Origin: Diadema antillarum
Lineage: Eukaryota
Length of the DNA stretch: 64,000 nt
Reading direction: 5' to 3'
NCBI RefSeq assembly: GCF_040938485.1
Contig: NW_027271669.1
Coordinates: forward strand, 496,001 to 560,000
In this document: one piece after another, positions 23,747-37,310 of the stretch
How the letters are laid out: the number at the start of each line of letters is the position of its first letter
Numbering within the stretch: the first letter of the stretch is position 1
Translations under genes and position numbers: made by a program
Notes under the pieces: model-generated
The model's input: only the letters and a program-made list of their open reading frames with translations
Told to the model about the DNA's origin: nothing
The model's database searches: none

Positions 23747-25494
23747 ATGAAGGGTAATACAATGTTATGTGCCATTGTTGTGGCATTGTTGGGATTCCTG
23801 TGCGCATACACCCTGAACGAGCCGGTTCCTCCTGGTATCACGGAGCCGGTGAAATATCGTCTGTTCATGACATCGATTCGCCTAACAAGACTGCTGGTAA
23901 GCTCGGTACCAATCATTGAGTTGTGTCTTATGCTGGCTGTATAAGGCGTCGATATCCATTGTCTGCGAGCGAGGTTGCTTTACCAGAGCTCATGTCATCA
24001 GAAGCTTTGTATACAGCTCACCGTGTCAGTTTGGTGCCAAATCTACTCGATTGTGCCGTCTATACGACGCAGACTTGGTATTAAAAAGATAAACGCCTTT
24101 TTGATGGTTTGATAAACTTTCGTAGTCAAATCGCACCTACCTCGAAAATCATTGAGTATACTAGGATCCCCGCTCAAAAGTTTCAACGTGTTCGAGTTTT
24201 AATTCATCTTTATCTTTTAAAGTTTCATCAACGTTGAGCAGAAAGATATCAAAATTGACTTTTAACCAATACAACAAAGTAGTCTAATAGCTTCTCTCTC
24301 CCTCTTTTTCTCTATCTATATCTCTCTCGATTTTCTCATTCTACACTACAATACTTTTTAACTTTCATTGTCATGTGTGGCATGTATTTTTAATATGATT
24401 TTCTCATTCTGCTTGATAATAGTTTGAAATGATAAATGATTCTAAAGACATAATTGATATGCTTATTACGATAATGATAACAATGATGATCACTGGGGTA
24501 ATTTTTTATTAAAGTGTAATGGTATTGTCGTTTCTTGGAATATCAAAGGTTCAAAACAAGACTTTTGAGCTTACAAGACAAAGTGAAAAACAGCATCCGA
24601 TGCCTGCTGGTGCCCCCCTTACAAATTAATATTAATCTCTCGCTCTCGAGATTCTCCTCTGATAATTAATCGGTCAATAATTACATTTGTTTGTTTGTTT
24701 GTTTCATTTCCATCTGAGGAGATGGCGGGATAGCCCATATTCAACTGCAATAGCTGGTCTATCTTCCATGGGGTCCTGCTGGATGTGAGGTTGGACCACT
24801 TCACCGGGTTGAACACCCTGCTCTTTGCGATGAATGAATGAAGCGGGATCTTTTACGTGCATGAGCTGTTACTCTCTCATACACGGGACCTCCATTTTAT
24901 GTCCTATCCGAGGGACAGAGTGTTTTGCCTCTTGCTAGAGGGGACGGTATGCTTACATACAACATTGCTCAGTCCAGACTCGGGTTCGAACCCGGGCCGC
25001 GTGATCGTGAGGCAGACGCGCTACCGACTGAGCCAACTCACCGCCCTACATCAACAGTTATATTAGTTACATTGTAGCCTCATCACACTAATGAAATACT
25101 TTGATGATGATGGTGTTGCTGATGATTAGAGGACCATGTTCCCATTGCTACCGCTATTATTGTTGCTTTGTATTTTCAATTAGATATCTGCGACTTATTT
25201 GCTTCATCGCGACGAACCTTTTCCCAATTTCTACGTCAAGAGAATACGTAGCATCCAGGAATACACCGCACCCAGTCCCAGGGCCGAAATCGCAGGGTCC
25301 AACATAAGATCCAGGGTCCTTGACCTCGACGGGGTTAGCGCGCGCATATACGAGCCAATCAGAAGGAGCGAAGAAAAGCAGCCAGGATTCGTCTACCTTC
25401 ACGGCGGCGGAATGGTGCTCGGAAGCGCAGGTGAGATCTATTCGTGCGGAACACACCAATGAATAACCATTACCACCACCACCACCACCACCAC

Positions 25495-25538
<44 letters not shown>

Positions 25539-27236
25539 CCAACAACACTACAACAACTGAACAAACATGGCTTGAGCATACCTTTACAAACCATAAGGAA
25601 ATAACTATTGCAATGTGAGATTTCCTGAAATTACGTTACTTCTTGTCAGAATTGTGTAGGATGGATGTGAAGGAATCATACACTGTATGGGTTTAATTAA
25701 TTTTGTCATCCCGTTTGTTCATTCTAGATTCCTACGACACGCAGACTCGGAAGATTGCTGAGGGTCTAAACGCAGTGGTCGTATCTGTCAAGTAAGTTCA
25801 TGTTTCAATTAACTTTTGCCGTCATGTAGAAAGCTTATGTATGTCGCTTGTACAATGTATAGTAAAAGTCACTAATAATAAATATTACCAGCTAGGTGAA
25901 TTGTTAGATATAAACTCATTGTAAAACACGTGATAGGGCCCACCTTTTGAGTCACGACCAAGAAGAAAAGACATGCCTTGCGATCAGGTACGATAACTAC
26001 ATCGTGTACATTTCCTCTCTTTTTTTCATTTCCTGTCACCAACATTCCCATCTTTCCTATAGCCCCCAAAGGGTGAACAATGCCCAAGTCTTTCTGTTGT
26101 GCATGTAATCAACAGAAGCAAGTTTCATACCACTGAACTTCCTCTTGCCTATGATGATATGTCTACGCCAACCATGGATAATATTGCATGATGGAACCTT
26201 GTTTACCTACCAGTTACTTTATCTAACATCGACATAATGTCGGCAAAGTGGAGTTAAGCTTTATAAAAGTAGAAATTCATGAAACAGGTAAGAAGTTCAT
26301 CACTCAGACAGCCATTACAACGATTGCCATAAATTCCAGTTCATCTGTGGAGTGGTTTATCTAAAGTAGGAAACACGCCGTACGTATTGTTAATCAATTC
26401 CCTCTCACTCTTCCGATTTCTTCCCTCCTTTATCAACCAGTTATCGCTTGGCTCCCGAGCACCCATTTCCCGCTGGATACGAGGATTGCGAGAGAGCCAC
26501 CCGATTCTTCATGGAGCACGCCGAGGAGCACGGCGTCGATCAGCGTCGTATCGGCATCGGAGGCGACAGCGCAGGGGGTCATCTTTCTGCGTCGGTCGCA
26601 CAAGCAATCAATGATGATCCCGGCCTTCCAAACCTAAAACTGCAGGTTCTCATCTATCCATCTATGCAGAAAATCGATCTTAACACCCCGTCCTACCAAA
26701 AATACGCTTCGGATTTCGGCGATGGCGGTATACTCTCAATTCCAAGTATCATCACCTTTGTGACTCTGGCCGAATTTGGTGAAGTAGATCCTTACGTCTT
26801 CGAACAGCTGCTAAGAAATAACCACACCTCTTCAGATTTTAAGACCAAGTCGCTGGAGTATATGTACGTGGATCATACCATCCTTCCGACCGATTTTCGC
26901 GATCCGCGGTTTTACAAGACGCGCACCGATCCCAGTGACGGAAACGACGCGCTTTGGAAGCACATGTCGCATAATCTCTTAGATCCGCGCAGCGCGCCCT
27001 TGCTGAGACGGGACCTTTCCGGACTCCCACCAGCATACATCGTCACGTGTGGATTTGACGCTTTGCGAGATGACGGTGTATTCTACAAGCATCGCTTGGA
27101 AGAGGCCGGAGTGGCCGTGAAATGGGTCCATTACGAAGATGCCTTCCACGGCGTAATGTCGTTGTCAGGGTTACCGTTCCAGCTTGGACACGCTATCATC
27201 GATCACATCATCGAATTCGTGAAAGAAACCATTTAA
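23747..27236 (+). CDS. AADAC-like: Arylacetamide deacetylase / NCEH1-like esterase, paralogue 1 (418 aa); exons 23747-23896, 25184-25430, 25728-25791, 26441-27236
   Basis: GT-AG introns in phases 0/1/2 join to 1257 nt with no internal stop. Hydrophobic N-terminus plus EPVKYR, HGGGMVLGS, YRLAPEHPFP, GDSAGG nucleophile, CGFDALRDDG (Asp), AFHG (His). Confidence 0.93.
24686..25046 (-). mobile_element. tRNA-derived SINE family B (Nin/Deu-like central domain) in intron 1 of paralogue 1
   Basis: Minus strand: A-box TGGCTCAGTCGG, B-box GTTCGAACCC, central CCCTCGGATAGGACATAAAATGGAGGTCCCGTG...GCACGTAAAAGATCCC resembling the Nin/Deu domain, (AAAC)n tail. Confidence 0.75.
25467..25560. repeat. Compound (ACC)n(AAC)n microsatellite in intron 2 of paralogue 1
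   Basis: Directly visible. Confidence 0.9.
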
Positions 27237-28072
27237 AGTACTTTAACTTCACCGGTTGCTCTCGTAAGAAAAGCTTTATGTGAAGGAGGGAGAGAGGAAT
27301 AATTGTATGCATGAAAAATTTTGCATCGCTCAGAGCAATGGTCGGATTATACAAAGTTTTATATCAATTTATGGTATTGACGACACCGACGCAGCTGACG
27401 TATGTGCGTGTATGTATGTGTGTTAGTGTGTGTCTTGTGTCTCCGTGTGTCTGTGTGTCTGTGTGTCTGTGTATCTGTGTCTTATAAATAATTCTCGCAA
27501 AACTCAGGTTTAAGATATTGGGCCCAACCCATGAATGCACGGACACCCTTTTGCGTACTAACTCACGTTCTCTCATAAGAACATCTTCCCAAGGATAATG
27601 GGAAGATAGACGTACCAGTGAGATTCCAATTTAAGCTCAGACGAAAATTCATATCTGTTATAAGTGCTCTGCCCGAGCTTTAATTAAATTATAAATTATT
27701 TCAAATGCAATAACTGTCACACTAGTAATGGCCATTGTAGAAGCGTTGGTGGTTAACACTGATTACCATTACAGGTGTTATAAAAGTTATAGCAATATTG
27801 GGTTTGTTTTTTGTTTGCTCTCTCTCTCTCTCTTACGTGTGACAAGTCTCTAATTCTATCCACTTCTCTAATTCTCCTGGGGTTCCATGATGACATGGTG
27901 ATGTGAAGTTCTAGGCGATATCAAAGTCTCCAGTATCGTGCAATCTCACGTTTGGTGTATAAATAGACTTCATTATTTAACATAATTGTGTCCATGCAGG
28001 TATAGTTGTGATGATATTAATGATGATTTGTATAATTCACGTTTGTATTAACATAATAAAGCAATGATGATG

Positions 28073-28107
<35 letters not shown>
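28073..28107. repeat. (AAT)n microsatellite
   Basis: Directly visible. Confidence 0.95.
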
Positions 28108-28108
<1 letters not shown>

Positions 28109-29640
28109 GTAATATATCAGCCTCTCTGAATGTATTTGGATTCGTGGTGATTGGGACAACAGGTCCTATACCAGACTCTTCCACATTCTTGCCTTTAAAT
28201 GGAAATATAAAATGAGCCCTTCAATTCATTTGAGGTTGAGTTCGTTTTTGTGGAAGCAGAAGTAACAAAAATAACAACAGTATGGTAACCATGTCAGCAA
28301 CACGGCCATTAGGATTGAGAAACATGTTAGATGAAAAAATCAAATAGAGATGTAATGTATACACACTTGAATTTGAAATGTCATGGATCGGTAACTTTAT
28401 TAGTTTATAATGACTGCATGCAGAACTATTGATAGCTGTCATAGTTTACAACTAGGCTTCCCTCCTGCGCCTCACAGGTTGCATAAGTGTACTCATCGAC
28501 ACCCTGTGAGAGTAAGATGAGAGAGGTGTCAGAAACGCTATAAATATACTTCGCACTTTCTATTGTAATTGACACGTAAAATTATCACCTGGTGAAACAT
28601 TGTGCACTTGACATGCGCTTTTATCATCTACCTTTGCAATCCTTGCTTTGTAGCAGGATTAACACCAGTTAAAATATTCCTCATAACAAAATGATACAAA
28701 TGAATACAGTTCGAGACAGCAACTCGGACACACATGTACACTCTGTTTTGAACGTTATTTTTGTACTCCTACACAAAACCGAGTAACACGCATGTTAGTA
28801 CACCTGCAATAATTTATACAACCCGTAAAACTATTCTCAGCATTGTCTAATGGTAATGCCATACCTGTAACGTAAACATTTCAGTGTCAATAGAATAGAA
28901 TAATGTAACGAGGTATCTATGACTATCATGAGAACCTAACCATTATCTTCGTGCTCGTTACACACTTCATGTTATTGACAGAGCGCTGTTCCCTATTAAA
29001 ACAAGCGGCACTATATCATGCATAACATGGATGAGGGAGGGAACATTAAACTGGACAAAGTAGGGTGAACTGATGATACCAGTGGGTAAATACTGTCCCA
29101 CTCATCTACTCTCAATCTTCCCCGAGTGCAATCCACCGTCAACATCGCTATCAGCCTGGTATCCGTCGATATAAGGTTTCATTTTGCATTCATTGCTATA
29201 CCCGTACTCTGACATTAACACAATTGATTTACAGTAATAACTTATCAATTATATTATACCAAAATAAAAACAGAAGGAAGAAAGAGAGAAGAGAAAAATC
29301 TTAAAACAAAGCAATCATCTAACACTTTTTCGTAGAATCTGTTATAAATCTTGTTGAACAATATTGCCACTATGAAAGTAAAACTTACCCCAGATCGTTA
29401 ACAGTCTGACTGAAAGACGTAAAACATGAGAAAAAAATATCCCTATAATAAAGGTTCAAACACTATTTTCATTGCGCTTCAGCTATTTATTGATTCATTC
29501 AATCATGTATGAATCTATTCTTTTTTATGCATCTATTTGGTAATAAAAGGTGATTTCGATTTCAAAGATATGTTTCGATATCAGGCATTGACTATTAACC
29601 ACTTGATGAATACAATCATCAAACAATTTAATAATTCACG

Positions 29641-29798
29641 CAGGGGCGGATCCAGGAATTCCGTAAAGAGGGGGCGCCTATACAAAATTAAAGGGGGCGC
29701 ACGCACCCTCCCCCATTTTTTCTTTTTATTTCTTTTGTTTTGACAAAAATTAAAGGGGGGGGGGGCGCCCGGTTTCGCTCCCCCTGGATCCGCCACTG
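29641..29798 (+). mobile_element. About 160-bp MITE with CAGGGGCGGATCCAG termini, copy 1
   Basis: CAGGGGCGGATCCAGG...CCTGGATCCGCCACTG. Homologous to 39882-40044 (inverted) and 56836-56993. Confidence 0.8.
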
Positions 29799-30478
29799 AT
29801 TCAGAAATTTCACGACTCAAGATGAATAGTATCTAGCATCTTTTATTCCTTGCTTTGTGCTGCGATGGACAAGGAAGGATAGTGTCGATGATTTCACTGC
29901 TTCTTTCAGCGAAAATGTTGAAAAAAAAAAGTTGCGTTTAATATTGCCATCGCAAGAAATGGGCAATTCAATCAGACAAGTTCAGATGCAGTATACATTG
30001 TACAGTTGATAAATATTCAGCAAGACTTTTTAACTATTAACTATCATCCTAAGCATCATCATCTTAAAAAGTGAATTTAATCACAGCTGCATACATGCAT
30101 AGAATACCAAATGCTGGACAATGACTTAATCAAGACGATATAAAACATGCCTGTCATCGACATTTGTCCAAGCAGCTTGCCAATACAAACAATATACCTT
30201 TCACATGTCTCATTCACAGATTACGAACATCAGTTAGTTATCAAAGTTCCATAGCGATTTCGAAGCGGATTCACTAAGCATGTTATACCTATATCAGAGA
30301 CTAGATGAAAAACCTCTTATTGGTGAAATTACAGTAAAAGAATTGTCTTGACAGTAGTACATGACTTTGTAAGACATTATTCAGCCATTTTGTGCTAATG
30401 CAAAGTGAATTACAATGATAATAATATTGTATGTCAGCTAATAACGAATACAAATTGCGAAGAATACCATAGTATTGC

Positions 30479-33400
30479 CTAAATATTTTGTTGAATGAAA
30501 GCAATCATGTCCTCAAACATTTGCCTGCCAACTTCGAATCGACCACTTGTCGCGAACCACATAATGCCATGGAACGCGTTCTCGTAGTTTTTCCATACAG
30601 TGCTTACTCCCGCGTCCGCAAGTCTTCGCGCATACAATATCCCGTCGTCGCGTAAACAATCGAATTCGCACGTTAGAATCATCGCACTAGGGAGCCCCTG
30701 CATGTCGTTCCTCACGAGAGGCGAAAAGCGGGGGTCTGTGTAGTACTTTTCGACTTCATTCCAAACCTCATCGGATCCTGTACACTTCTCCATATCTTCT
30801 TTCTGCTTCGCGTACTTTCCAGACAGACGTAGTTCCTCGGGAATCAAATTCCGATCTACGTACTGGATGAAGGGAGAAGATGAAAGAACACTTGGCGAAA
30901 TGTGTTCATTTTGCATAGAGCGACTCGTAGTCACGGGGTCGACCAGACCATGTAAGTACATTGACACATACTTACAGACATCGAGTTTCGAAAGGAAACC
31001 GCCGTCGCCGAACTCCGCTTCGTACTTCTGGTACGAATGTGTCTTGAAGTCCAACTGCTGCAGGGCTGGATATATGAGCACCTGTAATTTGAAGTTGGGG
31101 ATTGTGACGTCATCATAAACAACCTGCGATAGGCCCGCTGCAAAGCATCCTCCTGCGCTGTCGCCGACTGCGCACACTCGATGCGCGTCCACGTCAAAAT
31201 CCGTCGCATTGTTCAGAAACCATTTTACGGCGCGTAGATTATCATTGAACCCGATAGGAAAAGGGTGTTCCGGTGCTAGACGGTAGCTATCAAACAAGTT
31301 AAAAATGGAGAGAGAAAAAACAACTTAAACAAACAAACAAACAGTCAAACAATAAGATGAAAAGAAAAAATGTAAGACGGAGGAAAAAAGAGTGAAATGG
31401 ATACAGAGCAAAGACAAAACAAACAAACAATCAAACATGACAGGAAATCCATCACTCCATACAGTGTTTGTCACCATAGCTTGTTTGACGGATACATAAG
31501 GAATGACAGGATAGTGTCAAGCGGACTTGTTTAAACCAAATTATGTAAAACTAGCGTTGCTATCTCTGTTGCATTTTACATGAATTTCTAACGACGAATT
31601 GATACGATTATTCATAATCATATTCAATATTGCCATTATTATTGGAGTTAGTTATTATTATGAAATGATGAAGGAAACTTAATAAATTTTAATGATTGGT
31701 TGAGAGCAAATACGTGACCAGTCATTTATCTTGACTAAAGCTAAACATGTGTTTTTTTCTTCAAGAACATCACATTGGATATGATACATTTTCTCAAGGA
31801 ATACTTTGGCATGGTATGGGATGTGTCTTGTATTGTCAGCTATCTTGTGTGACGCCAATCTATTATGAACTCTATAATCTAGCATCAAACAATAATGAAA
31901 ATATTACCCTGGTGGCCCCTGGTGGCCCTTTTCTTTTCATTAATTTAGTGACTACCATGTCCTTGTACGTCTTCTATCAAAATAATGACTGGTTGAAATC
32001 AATTTGCATTTGGAATTGGATTGGGTAACCCATACTAATTCATGGCTTAACGGGAAATACAATAGGGGAATGATACGGACTTTAATTTTTACTTTCTTCG
32101 TTTCATAGAAACTATCAATCTTTTGACAAACCGTAGTTTTCAAAGTGTTTTGCATTACAACAGTGGGTCCTCCATTTTTACAGACCGTGATTAGTATCAC
32201 AAGTTATTTCATGCATATTATTCAAACTATGTAGCTTGACATCATCAATCGATGTTCTGTTGAAAAATAAAACCAATCGTAATCTAAAATTGGAATTACT
32301 TTTCACACCCAGACGATCTGTCATCATTCGATTCAATTAGATTTATTTCCATGGAACAACAATACTAGGGTACATGCAGGTAATATGATACTGCAGGTAA
32401 TATGGCACGCGTGACTTAAAAACCCTTATTACTCCACCTGAACCACTTCCAAAATGCATATTGCGCCATCTATAGTTTTGTATCATCACTGTGCTTAGTT
32501 CTTGATGATTTTCCTGCTCGCTGACTGAAAGTTTGGTGAGAATATCACTAAATACTGAAAAGATATGTAAAAATTACAGTATTTTTTAGCCTTGATATAA
32601 GATTTGACATTTCACCAATTACACTGGTGTAAGTAAAGTTATTGTGTGTGAAATCAATTCTTTGCATTTTACGTAAGCTCATTGATTGGTTTAACCAAAG
32701 AAAGTGTGTTTTGGTCTATGTACTGTACTAAATATGTGTTATATGGCTTCAAAGGGGACCAACAAGACCCAACAAGCTGCAGGTAATATGAGACGTCAAT
32801 ATGGCGGACAGGTTTTATTGACATCTCTGATTTCAAGTGACTTGCCTAATTAGATAGAAGCCAACATCAAAATACCTCATTTTCTTCTCTGACAGTTTGT
32901 TTTATGTTCAAAGTATATAAAAAATGTATCACAAATTACAACACACAGCTATATGAACATGTATGTAAATTAATATTTGTGTACTTTAGATAGGGTGCTT
33001 CCAAATTAATGCCACAATTAATTTGGTGTGCTTTAATCTTTAGTTTAAGTGTTATTTTATATGTGTTAGATACTGTACACGATTACTTCAAACATTTGAA
33101 TTCACAATTTTCATAGTTTTAACCATAAAAGACTGGGGTCTCAACGTTTTGTGTGATATTTCCGCGGTTTTTATTATTTTTTATTCAATTTTCTTTTTGC
33201 AACTGAGCTAGGCCAGGCCTAGCTCAGTTGCAAAAAAAAAAAAAGAATAATAAAATATAATAAAATGCCCATCGGGATTATCTTTTTTTCTTTGAACTTT
33301 TGTGCAACATTTGATACCTATTTTGTGAAAAATAAAAGTAAACGACCTTTACGTAATAATCTCATGTCCGTAATGAAATCTCATGTCGGCGTCAAATTTG

Positions 33401-35566
33401 AGAATTTCCGAGATTTGTGTACAAACACACGGAAAATGGCGTTTCATGCTTAAATTCAATTTTTGGCTTAAAATTGTGTTATTTGTCTCAGTTTTAGATA
33501 ATATTCATATGATATCTATTAAAATTAAATAGTCAAACAACACCAATAGAAAAAAGTCATGAATTTAAGACATAAGATTGTCATTTTAACATTGACACAA
33601 TGTCTACCATGCACAGTCTCATATTACCTGCACATGCAGGTAATATGAGACTTCTGCGATGATGTCATAATTTGCATATTAACTGTCAACAAAAATATTT
33701 GATTGGTGCAAATGCTATATAAAAGGAAGGATGAATAGTTGCTAATTCCCAAAAACAAAGTTTGATGGGTTTCTCTGTATGCATCTTCATGCCATTTATG
33801 CAAATGAGCTTAATAGTCTCATATTACCTGCATGTACCCTATTTTATTTCACCTGGCAGGCATAAAAGACGAAACATGAAACGTATGAGTGTACTCAATT
33901 AATATTGCTCTCAAAGGACACAAAATGGGAAAGATATGCCTACAACTACTTACTCGACAGAAGCTACGAATGTGTCTAGTTCTTCGGCGATTTTACGTGT
34001 CAAGTGGTTGTAAAAATCTAAGACGGAAAAAGAAAAGAGGAAACGAGGAAAGGAGAACGAGAAGAAATCAATTGAAAAAATGAGACAATAGACTAAAGGG
34101 AAAATGGGTAATTTAACTGATGTGGGTCAGGAAAAAACAAACAAACAAACAAGCAAACATGAAACAAAATATTATAACATTCCAGGCAACAACCACTGGC
34201 ATTACATTGATGGAACTCTTTATAAATCTTTCGTTGACTTAAAACCTAGATCACTGACTTGCGAGCAAAAGGTTTGAAGTTATCGCAGTGCTGATGTGCG
34301 TTAACCCACCTGCCGATCCGTAGACCATACCACCGCCGTGGAAGAAAAGAATACCCGGCTGTAGCCCGTTCTTCTTTCTGATTGGTTCGTACAGCCTAAC
34401 CCTGACCCCGTCGAAGTCCGTGACTCTTGACCTTATATTCGAACCCTTTCTGGTTTCTTTCGGCCGTGCCTCAGTGCTCTCATATATCAGTCGTTTTGCC
34501 TGCACGGGCGCGAACGGCTTCCGTCGATTTAGCAGCACATAAATATATTCCTGTTTATGTTGTATGTTTATCAAACGAAAATGAAATAAAAACAATAACA
34601 AAAAGAATTTAAATGCATTTCATTAAGACTGGGAGTTCCCCACCTTAAAGATGGGTGATGTCAGATGTAAGATAGTGCACCTGCACAAGATTCTTTTTTT
34701 TTTTTTTGGCATAACACAATTTCTACTTTATGAAATCATGTTGTCTTATCACGATGGATTATGCTCTTCTTCACACTGATATCGCGGCCTGTCTTAATTG
34801 TCGTTTGACCCATGAAAGAGAGAGAACTTGTGAAAACATGATTTACTAATCACAGCAATGTCGACGTGTGAATTTGATGGGTTGGCGTTAGATTGCTGCC
34901 ATTGTAACAATGCAATTGTCGTAAGTCTTTTGTGTAGTGTAGCGATACCTCTGTGGCTTGCAAATCCTTACTTGGTGTTGCTCTAAATTAAATCACTGTC
35001 AAGTATCAAAAACATGTAATTTCTGAAGTTTAAAAAACAAACTATGCACCATTTAATTATTCTCCCCGTCTCCCTCCCCTCTTTTTAATACAACATTTTT
35101 AATACAACATCTGCTCCAGAGTAAATCGTCCACTTAATTTTCGACGTTTATGACCAGTCAAGGCTTCTTAGATACATATATTGCAAACACTTTGTTTTTT
35201 CAGCAGGGTTTATGTGACATTTTTATGTTAATGATCATTGCTGTAATGTTCAGTTGACTTTGATATCTTCTCAGTATTTGCTCAGATTTTTTTTTTCAAT
35301 CTTAAAGTTTCCTTTTATTGACACCACGATTGACATCACCTCCACCCATGCACCTCCCTTTCCCTCAAGTTACCATAACTATCTTCATATAGTTTTGATC
35401 TATTATGACGTATAAACCTACTTACCAAGATTCGAGGGAGAACAAAAAGGCTGATCATGAGGCGGTATTTCCAAGGCTCAGTCATCCCGTCAGGCACACG
35501 GATCCGTCTCACCAGCACCACCAGGGCCGTGGCTGCGGCACATGATAACATCAACGAGATGGACAT
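30479..35566 (-). CDS. AADAC-like: AADAC/NCEH1-like esterase, paralogue 2 (417 aa); exons 35566-35426, 34550-34310, 34017-33954, 31286-30479
   Basis: GT-AG introns in phases 0/1/2, 1254 nt open. EPWKYR, HGGGMVYGS, exon 3 DFYNHLTRKIAEELDTFVASVD (not in the ORF track), YRLAPEHPFP, GDSAGG, CEFDCLRDDG, AFHG. Confidence 0.92.
32368..33839. mobile_element. TA-flanked non-autonomous DNA transposon (1472 bp) in intron 3 of paralogue 2, superfamily unassigned
   Basis: Perfect 21-bp TIR GGGTACATGCAGGTAATATGA with TA on both sides. Internal GCAGGTAATATG repeats near 32394, 32779, 33618 and 33635. Central palindrome at 33194-33236. Confidence 0.8.
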
Positions 35567-36674
35567 GGTTTCAATATCACGTCTTCACTGTCCCTCCTCA
35601 GAATGTCACGGAAATCCTGGAAGAAAATGAACGAGTTCAAGCAATTTCAAGGGTCGTTTGTTATTACAGGATTTGACAGTGAGTCATAATAATCATGAAC
35701 AACACAACTTCTACGACATGTTAGAAATCCAAGTAGGAACCTCAATGACTGCACTTTATGTAAACACACACATGCACACGCCACACACAATGAGGACGAA
35801 AACGGAATGACATGAATATGATATAGAGAATGACAATACATTGTGTCGAGTTTTCTCACTGGCAATTATAGATCCGTGTGTAAATGGTTATGTTGTGAAG
35901 CATTTTGTGCGGGGAAAATACTGAGAAACACTGCAAATTCATCAGACACTGTAGGCGGCAATACTATCAACTTTTTGTTTGGTGATATAGATTCATGCGT
36001 ATCATAGTTGTTCTATCTGGCTCGTACATTGTCGACACTAAACAAACAAAATCGTGAAATACCAAGTACTCACGGGAGCGGAGAAATATTATGAGAAGCT
36101 TCTATTATTACTTTGGGCTATAGCAGAATACAAAGATTGAACAGTTAACACAGAAATCGAATTGAACAGCTACAGTTTAGTAAATCTCTGCGAAATGGCA
36201 TCTATATTGACGTTATAGCTACTATACCCATGCTAATAACCTGCGGCAGGCCTTTAAAGTACAATATGTTGCGACAAGGAAGTAATCTCGAAAAAAAAAA
36301 CACCAACATTTGAACAAAACTAAAACTAAAAATTAATCATGATGATTCGACAGACATCAAACACTGTAGCTGCCGTGCTTTAATACTCTGCATGCCACAA
36401 TAAATGTATTATATGTCCATAGGATTGTGTGTGAAATTTGTGCAGATTTGACTCATCGGCCGAGAAAGGATTAATGGAATGTGATTACTTTCTCATCATA
36501 TTAATGTACATAAACTAAGTGTGTATTCTAAAGATAGCTATTACGGTTTCGAGTTTGTGACAAGTCTGGAGTAGGAATTGAGATGTTAGTGTCTCTCTGT
36601 AGACGAATTGGTTTAGTTACTCTCTAAAGTCATTCAACAATGACTTATGTAAAGCTAAAAAGGCATATCCTTAA

Positions 36675-37310
36675 AGGGATATGGTATAGTATTTCATTGT
36701 CCAAATATTATTTTGTTTTTTAGTCTCTTTGTGCGCTTAAGAACACCAGTCATANNNNNNNNNNNNNNNNNNNNNNNNNNNNNNNNNNNNNNNNNNNNNN
36801 NNNNNNNNNNNNNNNNNNNNNNNNNNNNNNNNNNNNNNNNNNNNNNNNNNNNNNNNNNNNNNNNNNNNNNNNNNNNNNNNNNNNNNNNNNNNNNNNNNNN
36901 NNNNNNNNNNNNNNNNNNNNNNNNNNNNNNNNNNNNNNNNNNNNNNNNNNNNNNNNNACTTTAAACTTTTTGTGAGATACCGAGAAACCACTTATGAAGA
37001 ATAGAATAATGCATACCCTTCTAAGAGGACTATACAAAGTCTATATTTTGATGAAAATCGGTTTTGGAATTGCTGAGACATCAAAAAACAAAGTAAAACA
37101 AAGCTTTCGTGATAAAAGGTGGGTCCCACCTTTCATTAGGATTGCTTTGTTTTAGATTTCTCTGCCATTTCATAACCAATTTTCATTAATAAACGTTGAA
37201 TTCCTCTTGGAATCACATGCTCTTTAATATTTTGCAAGAGGTTTTTCACTATCTCACCAAAAAAAAAAAGAAATCTGAAGTTATGGTTCAATCAAAACTA
37301 TACGATACCT
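36675..37310. mobile_element. Kolobok-like non-autonomous element spanning an assembly gap
   Basis: TTAA|AGGGATATGGTATAGT versus ACTATACGATACCT|TTAC. The interior (37050-37230) is homologous to 53430-53620. Confidence 0.5.
36755..36957. other. Assembly gap (203 N)
   Basis: Run of N. Confidence 1.

Noticed and set aside
26441-27236. Bacterial-type HSL esterase acquired horizontally, or contamination
   Set aside because: The long GC-richer last exon looks prokaryote-like alone, but it splices by conserved GT-AG introns to three upstream exons including a membrane anchor, in all four copies.
36713-37037. ORFs spanning the N runs (also 62191-62786)
   Set aside because: Artefacts of translating assembly gaps.
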